The notes beneath the pieces were generated by a model. That model saw only the letters and a program-made list of their open reading frames with translations. It did not search any database and was not told the DNA's origin. Positions 1 to 10,300 of a DNA stretch of 17,819 nucleotides are shown here, piece by piece; positions within the stretch are counted from its first letter, which is position 1, and each line of letters starts with the position of its first letter. Source of the DNA: Ginkgo biloba. Its lineage: Eukaryota > Plantae > Ginkgophyta. The position numbers and the translations under genes are program-made. The stretch lies in contig JANKJI020000001.1 in assembly GCA_024626585.2 (NCBI GenBank), positions 9,367,817 to 9,385,635 on the forward strand. Direction: 5' to 3'.

Positions 1-95
1 GTTGGGCAATCATGGAGGGATACCAGTTTGTTTTGTTGTATTTGGTTTATGGTATCTATTTTTGTATTTGTATGAGCGTGTGCGGTTGTAGGTTG

Positions 96-114
96 GTTTG
101 TTTGTTTGTTTGTT
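96..114 (+). repeat. (GTTT)n microsatellite in the upstream/leader region
   Basis: gtttgtttgtttgtttgtt seen directly. Confidence 0.75.
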
Positions 115-419
115 GTGGAGTGATTGCATGACATTCATGCATTAATAGCCCATATGATGCTGTTGTTAAACCATACGGTAAAAACTTTGCTTTGTATCAA
201 TCAAACACCAAAGGAGGCGTTCTTGAATGAGTAGAGCATGTGAGTTGGAGGTGATGGGCTTTGGATATATGTGGTTGTGGTTGTGTAGACTGACTAGTAC
301 AACACCCCTGGCATCTTTTCAATTCCCACTGGATCTGCCGAAGGTGTCTGCAAGTCTATCAATGTTGTAGATGTTTTGTGAATTTGTTTGAAATTCGTTT
401 TGTGTTGCTGAGTGTGAAG

Positions 420-1348
420 ATGGGTTGTGTTTCATCCAAAGTAGACAATGAAGAGATAGTGTCAAGATGCAAGCAGCGGAGGAAATTGATGAAACAAGCA
501 GTTAATTCCAGACACCACTTTGCAGCTGCTCACAGTGCTTATTTAACAGCTCTGAGAAATACAGGAATGGCACTGAGACAATTTGCAGAAGGAGAAACCA
601 TGGTGATGTCTAGCAATATGATTGAAGCAGCAACGCCATCGTCATCATCATCATACCTCCACTATCTCAAATTCCCACCACCGCCACCACCGCCACCTCC
701 TCTGGAAACAAGCCCCTNNNNNNNNNNCAGGCAGCCCAAGTGTTCTGAGCTCTCGTTTGTCGTCAAGACTCATTCCCCACATACTGTCTTCCTCCGAGAA
801 CAGTCATGCAGGCTCTCCTCCTCCACCGATCCGCCCCAAAGATCGAACCGGCGACGACTATTGGGCTTCTTCACAGTATTCCAACACCATTCATTCATAC
901 CAGGGCTCAATGTGGAATGGTTGGGAGCCCTTTTGCCCTTCTTCCCCTTCTCCTCGGATCTATCATCATGAGCATCAGAAAGTGAAGCAGGAGGAGGTTG
1001 ATCAGATGCCAGAGGATCAAATCCCCAACGGGTCAGATGACACATCTTCTACTACCGATGTGGACGAAGAACAGGAACATGGGCATGGACCGGATTTCCA
1101 ACGTGAAGTGGAAAATAGTATTAGAGCAGCAGGCAAGGTTCCTGAACCGGAAACAGATGATATCTCTTCAGTCACCAGCTGGTACACCAAAGACACAGAT
1201 TTGCAAATGACAATCACTAGAAAACACAAGGATTTTGGGGAGATAGTCCGAGATCTGGATGAATATTTTCTCAAGGCCTCTGCAGCTGGGAAAGAGGTTT
1301 CAAGGCTTCTTGAAACCAGCAAGGCTCACAATGACATTGAAACCAGAA
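420..1348 (+). CDS. Exon 1 of the DUF630/632 gene (DUF630, Pro/Ser/acidic linker, start of DUF632)
   Basis: ATG at 420. It reads in the frame of ORF 378 up to the 10-N gap (718-727) and in the frame of ORF 622 after it. Donor AGAA|GTATTA at 1348/1349 (phase 1) joins exon 2 to give ETR-K-NVYH, matching the family's recalled K-TVYH junction. Confidence 0.88.
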
Positions 1349-4300
1349 GTATTACCTCTCTCTCAACATCTTTGTTTTTCTTCACTGTATGTTAAAAGTA
1401 CTCTGCCGTGTGTTTGAGTACCCCAGAAGGCACGGAAACTTTGCCCAACTGCAATGTTTTCTCGTCTGGTAACCTTTCCAGTGGCTGAACTCTTTGCTTT
1501 TTGGATGTTGTGGGTGCATGTGTAGGTGTGGGTATCCAATCCCACCGTCTTCTGATCTTTTTCGGTCGCTGCCTTACTTTTCTACTAGTACTCTATGTAA
1601 TGCGAATTGTAGGTATTTCCAATGTTCTTTGTTTTAGTGTTTTGGTCAAGTAAATCCTCATTTGGGTTTTGGTGGGTTTCTGCTACAGAGAATGTATATC
1701 ATTCTGCCAATGTATTTCATGCCTTGTCTTGGACTTGGACCTCAAAGCCACCGCTTGCCATTAGATATACTCTGGAACCAAACAACTTTGACGAATCTGG
1801 TACACGTGGTAGCCACTGCTCCACCTTGGAGAGGCTTCTTGCATGGGAGAAGAAGCTGTATGAGGAAGTCAGGGTACTGCCTTCTTCATTAATGCCTATA
1901 TCATTCTCTTTAGTTAATTCTATTTCTATGTGGTGTTTACATTTTCTGCAGTTTTATTCATAGCTTCAATGGAAGATTCGATGATGCTCATATTGACTTC
2001 TTCTTTCAGCAACTTTGTAACTGATTGATGGATTCATCATGGAGAAATTTCGTTACTTCTTTCTCATTGTTTCAGTGAAATGTTCAAAAAAACTTGATGG
2101 TATATTTTGAAATCTCGCCATCAAAGATCAAGTCNNNNNNNNNNNNNNNNNNNNNNNNNNNNNNNNNNNNNNNNNNNNNNNNNNNNNNNNNNNNNNNNNN
2201 NNATAGTTACACTTATTTCATATTTATTGAGAAGAAATAATATTATATCTTGAAATCTTGCAAAAAAGTATGAAATCCCTCACTTCCTGTATAAAATCTG
2301 AATTGGAATTCTTGTTTAATCCTGCATTCAAGTTCCTATATAGTTTCTAATTTGGAATTATTGTATATTTGTGAATTGGAGTTCTTGTATAATTTCTGGA
2401 TTGGAATGTTTTATCCATAGAATTTTGATATTGCTGCAGGGATTAAGAATTTTTCTGCTTCATGTCTACATTATTTCACACTTAAGTGCAACTAGTACCT
2501 TAGGTATTGATTGGTTTGTATGCATCTGCAGAGTGAAGAGGCTACAAAGATAGAACAGGAAAAGAAATTGGCACAATTGCAGAATCAAGAAGTCAAGGGA
2601 GAAGATGGAATTAAAGTTGATAAGACTAGAGCATCCATAAAGAGATTGCAATCTTTAATAACAGTTGCAAGTCAGGCTGTAAAGACAACTTCTACGGAAA
2701 TTGTAAAATTGAGAGAAAATGAACTGTGCCCACAGCTTGCGGAACTATCTGAAGGGTAAAAACTCTACACTTTATTCAGTTTAGTGCTTTCACCTTTTCC
2801 TTGTTTCAGGTAGATTGTAGCATTTTCTAGTCTGGGAAGAAGTCTTACGGATATACATTTTGTGCATGAGAATGGATGAATCAAAGAGATTTTAGTGCCT
2901 CTCAAACCAAGTAAGGACTAAAGAACCAAGATAAAGGTATTCTGTATACTATAAAATATTGTTAGCAAATACAATGCACAAGGACTTGAGCAAAACCTTT
3001 GGTGTGTCAATTGGTCTTTAAAAAGATATATATGTTCTTTTGACAAAAATAGCCGCCAATCCAGCTTTCTGTCATCTGAAGGGATGACAGAATTCAGGAC
3101 CAGATGTAAGGGCAACAACAACATGGGACTGAATTCCATACACCCCACCCAGGGAACAACCTTCAGATTAGGCCTCGAAATATAGGGTAGGGCACTTCTT
3201 CTTCCAATTAGGTTCTTCCAAGATGTGGTTCATTTGCATCTAGTGGAGAGTACTTCCCAAGTTCTTAACCAATGTGCGGTCCAGTTCCTCCATTCTATCT
3301 CAAGCATTTCCAAAACAGTCAATTTGGGAAGTGGCAATGGATATCAAAACAATATTAAGTTTCACCTTCAAGTTTTGACATTCATGCATAACAACTAGTA
3401 GAGTGATTATCATGTGATGATTCATATCGCAACGGGCGAGTCAAAATCTCCCAATGTAATTAACTATGGATTCTTGTTCTGTTTAATTTGCTTTAAATAA
3501 ACAAATAANNNNNNNNNNNNNNNNNNNNNNNNNNNNNNNNNNNNNNNNNNNNNNNNNNNNNNNNNNNNNNNNNNNNNNNNNNNNNNNNNNNNNNNNNNNN
3601 NNNNNNNNNNNNNNNNNNNNNNNNNNNNNNNNNNNNNNNNNNNNNNNNNNNNNNNNNNNNNNNNNNNNNNNNNNNNNNNNNNNNNNNNNNNNNNNNNNNN
3701 NNNNNNNNNNNNNNNNNNNNNNNNNNNNNNNNNNNNNNNNNNNNNNNNNNNNNNNNNNNNNNNNNNNNNNNNNNNNNNNNNNNNNNNNNNNNNNNNNNNN
3801 NNNNNNNNNNNNNNNNNNNNNNNNNNNNNNNNNNNNNNNNNNNNNNNNNNNNNNNNNNNNNNNNNNNNNNNNNNNNNNNNNNNNNNNNNNNNNNNNNNNN
3901 NNNNNNNNNNNNNNNNNNNNNNNNNNNNNNNNNNNNNNNNNNNNNNNNNNNNNNNNNNNNNNNNNNNNNNNNNNNNNNNNNNNNNNNNNNNNNNNNNNNN
4001 NNNNNNNNNNNNNNNNNNNNNNNNNNNNNNNNNNNNNNNNNNNNNNNNNNNNNNNNNNNNNNNNNNNNNNNNNNNNNNNNNNNNNNNNNNNNNNNNNNNN
4101 NNNNNNNNNNNNNNNNNNNNNNNNTTCTACTTAGATCTTTATGAATTTTAACCTCAAGTTGGCTTTTTATAAAAAGGTATCGGCAACAGGATCTTGGATC
4201 TGAATCGAAGCATAACTTTCGAACCACAACTCCGTTTTTTGTGCTGTTAATTTTCTTGTAAATATTTTTTAAAACTCTACAATTCCTTCTTTGAGGACCT

Positions 4301-7300
4301 TCAGCTCCAAACTGATCCAATTTCTTCAAATTTGGATTGAAAGTTAGGANNNNNNNNNNNNNNNNNNNNNAAAAATTGACAAAATATTGACTTTTTTGGA
4401 TCTGAAAAATGGATCAGACAGACCACATAAAAATATCATGGTAACAGAACCCTCGAGCTCAGTGTGAACCCGTGTATAACAAATTGGCTTTAACGGCCAA
4501 AGGACCCTGGTATGATACCACATTATTCTAACACAAGATTGGTTGTATTCTTCATCACTGTAGAGACAGAGGCCTATTTGTTTCTCTGAAGGTGTCCAGC
4601 TACGAGTTAATGGATCCTTCCCTGACACCAAAATGCTAGTCATGGTAACAAACCTCGGTTGATGGCAGCTATTTCAGCTTAGTGGTCACCAGCAGTGAGA
4701 CACTAACAAGATGGTTCCATGGAGGCTGCTAAGCTAGACATTGTCAGGGATTTCTGGTCCCATGGTAATGAAACGAGGTAGCTGGCAGAAAAGATTAGAA
4801 TCTTTCCCTGAGTTCATGGAGTCCTACTGTTTGGGAAAGCTCTATTTAGCAGGTGCTAAAGAGGTGGGCAAGCTTCATCACCCCTATTTTTTTGGAAATC
4901 TAAGTGACACTTGGACTCTGTTGTCATATCAAAGCCCTTGTTTTCTCTTCTATGCATCTTATTAAAAGGAGGTGCTGACCCCTTCTTGGACATGCACAAA
5001 GATGGCAGCTTTTCAATCTGAGACTTTACTCATGGATGCTTTTTGTTAGTCTTGTTTTTTCTATTTAACCATTCTGTGTTGCCTCACGGGTTAGCCTTAA
5101 GCAACTGTGCTCTGGTGTAGTAACCAGCTACCCTTTAGAAAAGATGCATCTATGAAGGAGTCTGATGGATTATGTTTCTGTAGTTCAAGAAGTGGTTCTG
5201 ACTCTATTGATGTGGCCATATGATTCTTGGATGTGGCTTCCATTACTTTGAAGGCTGTTGATTGAAGGTTGTCACTTGGAGTGCTTGGACTAGTGACTTT
5301 CGGAAGATCAATAAGATTTCCTCTGGGGCCAAAGCATTCTTCTAAGCCTAGGTGGCTTTAAAATGTCCCGAGAAAAACTGTCTGGCTTTCTTAATCACTG
5401 AACCTTAGAAGTATGAAACATTGCAACTTTTCCCTTGTGAGCNNNNNNNNNNNNNNNNNNNNNNNNNNNNNNNNNNNNNNNNNNNNNNNNNNNNNNNNNN
5501 NNNNNNNNNNNNNNNNNNNNNNNNNNNNNNNNNNNNNNNNNNAGACAATGAAGTGAAAAGGTTTTTCTTTACCTACCTTTATCATTCTTTCTTGGATGGC
5601 GAGGGTCATCCTCTTTGTAACATCCAAATCAAAAGGCATATCATCTTCCATTGCATAATGCATGTCCAAGTCCAATCCCTCTATGAACCATTATTTTTTA
5701 ACCTTAACAATTGGGCTAGAATTCTATTGAATAGAATTTAAAATTCTATCATACCTTCATGTATAGTCTTTAACACTTTTTTTGTTTTCCCTCTTGATAT
5801 TGGAAAATTCTTTGATCAGGGTTGCAATTGTCCTCTCTTTAAGAATTTTGGCCCCGAATTATTGCATGAGAGTGGCCCAATCCATGATGGACCTATTTGG
5901 CAAAGACTAAAACCATCTCAAAGCTTATGCTTTGAAAGTACGTACAAATAATCCCACAATAATGTTCTCAGAGGTTACTTTAAAATTTTTACACATTGTT
6001 GCAAAATCCTTCAGATGTTGTTCACCTAAAATTGAGTCATCACCTCTAAATTTTGGGCAAGCATCCCAAGCTCTATTTAGGATAGGGTCAATATTTTATC
6101 TGAGGTCAAGAGATTAACTAGTTCTCCAAGTCATAACCATTGATATGGGAGGATAAGGAGTGAAGGAAGGAGGTGAGAAAATTATAAAATACGATGGCAA
6201 GGAATGAGTTCTTGCAATTTAGACAACTCCAGATGTAGACAATATCTATTCTTTTCTCTTAAGTTTGAAAATCTCTAGTTTAGAAGGAGCCCTTCTGAGA
6301 GTTGATTATTCTTTCATCTTCTCTTGGGGATACCTTTAGAATTCTTCAATGATACCTTGAGCCCTCCAAGAGTTTGTATATGGCCCTTATATCTGTGTTT
6401 TCAATACTTGCCAACTTCAATCTGACAAGCAACAATATTTGGGGGTTACTTATTCCCTAGTATGGTCACTAGTTACTATTGACACCTGAATTAGTACCAG
6501 TGTGGGATGGTGGATAAGTCTTTAGATTGTAACACAAAGAGAGGTACCAACACACCGCAATAGTAAGGAGCTTGATGCTCTTCGTCTTGTAGGGGTGGTT
6601 CCCTTATTTCAAAAAGAATGAAAGAATAATAATAAGAGTTAAATAGTATTTATAACAGGTGCTTTTGAGAAGGAAGGAAAGCTTGTGGATTTTGTAAGTT
6701 TTATTTTATTATAAAAGAGAGGGTCAAAATGGTTGAATGGAGGATACAAAGGGAAAAATAGATTAATGGAAGAAGAGGGGAGGAAGAGCGATTAAATATT
6801 CTACTAACAAGGCTAATATAAAGGCATGGGCCAAATCCTTCAACCTTGCTAGAAGAAAACACAATGTGTATCTATTACTAGAGCTAGTATGATGGCATAA
6901 CTAGACCATCTAACTTTAATTGATAAGATAACATAAGGAATGCAATGGATTAGAGAAAAGGAAATACATAGGCATCTACTTAATGAGGATGATATGACAA
7001 CATAAGATAGACCCTTCAACTCCAAGAGCAAATGATAATAGAGGGTAAAGCATCCACTTTACAAGTCTAATATGATGGTACAACCATACCCTTTACCTTG
7101 CTAGAGAATACACTGATGAAACATAAGAAAATTAGTAAATAAGAGGATAATGTATAGTTATTATAATTGGTATGATGACATTAAAAAACCCCTAAATTCA
7201 ATAGAAATTAGGATATATGATCGATCCAATAACCAACATGAACAATTAACAATCACTAGGAGTAGTAAATTCTAGACACCCTTTTAAGAAAACCTAAAAG

Positions 7301-10300
7301 GTGATTTTTTTAGGTCACTTAGCTTCAAGGAGTAAATGGATATATTATTTCATATTCATTTAGAAGGCATTTCTATAAAACTCATGTAATATAACATATC
7401 ACTTTAATTTAAAAATATCTAATCACATCACCAGATGAATATCAATGAATGATAGTACATCATTAAATTAAAACTAGACATTCTAGAATATACATCACAT
7501 CATAACTAGAAATATAAGAATAGAAAATTGTGTTTTCATCAAACAAAATATCTCCCACTTAAGATCGATTCTCCAAAACTAATACATCTTGATGTGGATG
7601 AGAAGCTATAAACATTACACAGAAATAGAAATAAAAAGAGGTGTGAAAGAGAAGAATTGGGAAAGAACTCACCACAAACAAAATAATAATGCTAATAAGG
7701 AGGAACAACAAGAAACCCAAAGGCTAAGAATTAGAAGGTAATAATTGAGGAAAAATATCAAAATTAGTCCTAAAAGAAACACCCCTCCTAACCATAACCC
7801 CTATAATGTTGGTTGTCTCTTCTTTTATCCTCCTCTTCTCTCTAGGTGGTTGGCCACCCTAATGTATCTTATAAAAATACCTTCACAATGGTTCCAACCA
7901 TCTTTAAAAATTCTTGTTTTGGTTATTATGGTCCCAACAACTACTACCTTCATTATTCTATGAATTCCATATCCATTTTAGCACACTTTCTTCCTCAGTT
8001 TACATGTAATAAAAATTAATCCATAAATGGTTATGGACACCTCTATAATTTCTCCTCGATGGATAAGCAATGATATCTATAATTAACATATTTTATTTAA
8101 TAAGGATCTTCCCTTTGGCTCTCACTGACCCTACTTTTGAAATAATTTGGTGTGAAAATCCATCTTGAAAAATATGAATAGACCTTCTAAGAGATACACT
8201 TTAATCTCCTAACTAAATATGATAATGGGGTCTTGACTGTGATCTATATGGACTATAAGGTATGAAGCATGGAACCTTCCTAGTTAAGGGGTACATAATT
8301 TATTACTTGATTTTATGGATAGTGTGGTGTCTTGTCGCATTAACTATCTATCATTTTTATCAATCAATATCATGTTTGCGGTAAATTGACCCTTTGGACC
8401 ATTCCTAGTTTTATTCTGTTCAATAACATTTTGGAACTCCATAAGAGAGCTACATATCATTGGTACCAAAGCTTAGACCTATACTGTGGAAACTTGTGTT
8501 AAATAACTACACATCATTGCCCACCCGTTCATGGTGTATCATTATTTGCAGTCTTGTATTTACTTATTTTGTGTAGACTACTTGAATTATCTACATCATT
8601 AATTGTTGTTCATTGCTTGTGTACAGTCCTGTCACAGATTGTCCTTTGTTCTCTTGAAAGAAAAAAATGAGAAAATGGAAAAAGAGAAAAAAGAGGCAAA
8701 ACAAATATTATTTCCATGTGCATACTAGAGTGACTCCATTATAATCCCAGTCCTCTAGGAATTCGTGTTATCCTGCCTCCCTATATTATCTCACATCTGG
8801 TGCTTTGCCTTTCTGCCATCCATAAGCTGGTCCTTTCCACTGAGATCTGAACAAATCACTAAAAGAAAATATATCATTCAATTGAAGTTGGCATAATTCA
8901 TGATTTTCAAGTGTAGGATAGAGATGGACCCTTGACAAGGCAGGGTGATACTTTTAGTTCAAATGCAAGGAAGAGACAATTAACAAACACACCTTGCACA
9001 AGAATGAAACTTCACTTCTATGAGCAAAAGAGAGAAAAGAACAAACCCCCAAATCAGAAGAATATCTTACTAATCAAGAGGAGAATATCAATGCAGTGAT
9101 CTACACAAAAAACAAAACTTCATGACACACAACATTATTTGCCAAATGTCAAGTTAAATTTAGGTTAATGATTAGACATGCATCAAATTTATTATGCTCG
9201 TCACAAAACTAACAAGATCAACAGGAATGATTCCAGCCTTTTGATGTACTTCAACATTTCTATAGCAACTAGCAGAATTGATTTTGAATGGAAGATTCCA
9301 TGGAAAAACACATTGATGTATCTGCTTCCAGTGCGTTGGGATTTAGGAGGCAAGACAAGAGATAATTCATCACTTAACTATACGATAGAAGTTGTACCTC
9401 TGGTAAGCATGATGTTATTTCCACACTCTCAAAGTACTTTACATGATCAAGGCCACATCACATAGCTTCAGTCCAAGTATGGAAACCTTAAGTGCCCACC
9501 GCAACATTCTAATGCACTGTTGAAACTTGTTCTAAGTCAACAGCAGTGTGTTACACATCACATACTTTGGACATGTACATATCATCTCCTGATTAATGCT
9601 TATGAGTTGCCTATATACATTGCATTGAAATTTGACATTCATGAGTTGGAGATAACTACTAGATCATGCCACTGGTGCAAGGATGTACTGGTTGTATTCG
9701 GGCTTTAAGGACAAAGCATTTTAATGAGGGATGCATTATAATGAGCCTTTTAGGATTAACGTTGACTAGATTAATAATAATTATAATTGTAGTAGTAGTA
9801 GTAATGAGAAGGTATGCCCCTTCATTGAGAGATACCTTGCAAATATAAAGGCCTTGGGATCATTGTTTTAACTAGCCATTATTTTTATTATTAAATATAA
9901 TGTTTGTGGTTAAGTGAGGTACAGATTATGCTACATATCTCTGGTTCTCAGAGGTCTTAAGGACGGCCAAGATATTCCAGATCTCCTAAATAGGCAGTGG
10001 TATTGCTCCTTGATCTTGTACTAAACTGGGCATTGGATAATATAATGCTCCACAGATGACTAGAAACAGGCCCTGTGTCAGGTGGGTATGTGAATATTAA
10101 TACATCCAAGGGTAGTGCATAAGCCCCTCTCCTTCCAATATCGAAAAGTAATAGCAACATTAAGAATAGTCCATTAAGCAGATGTTCTTGTAGTGTCTAT
10201 CTTTATTGGCATTTTCCTTGAATACATTACTATAGGTATTTATATTCTGTTTAAGTGCTGTTGAGATCTTTTGATGTCATTAGTGAGAGCCATGTTGACA

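Noticed and set aside
378-419. N-terminal extension in ORF 378
   Set aside because: It starts at GTG. The family-typical MGC start is ATG 420.
622-717. His-rich N-terminus of ORF 622..1395 (HRHHHHH...HHRHHRH) as a metal-binding protein
   Set aside because: It is the +1 reading of the poly-Ser/poly-Pro codons of exon 1. The ORF starts at TTG and is fused to real coding sequence only through the N gap.
3493-4329. Long ORFs spanning N runs (also 12306-12808, 11215-11507, 13993-14289)
   Set aside because: These are artefacts of translating gaps as X.
5720-5738. Hairpin AATTCTATT-G-AATAGAATT
   Set aside because: It is short, AT-rich and inside decayed gag coding sequence, so chance is likely.
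7255-7285. TCTAGACACC as a second nested LTR boundary
   Set aside because: It only weakly resembles TGTAGACACC and the adjacent PBS/PPT match is unconvincing.
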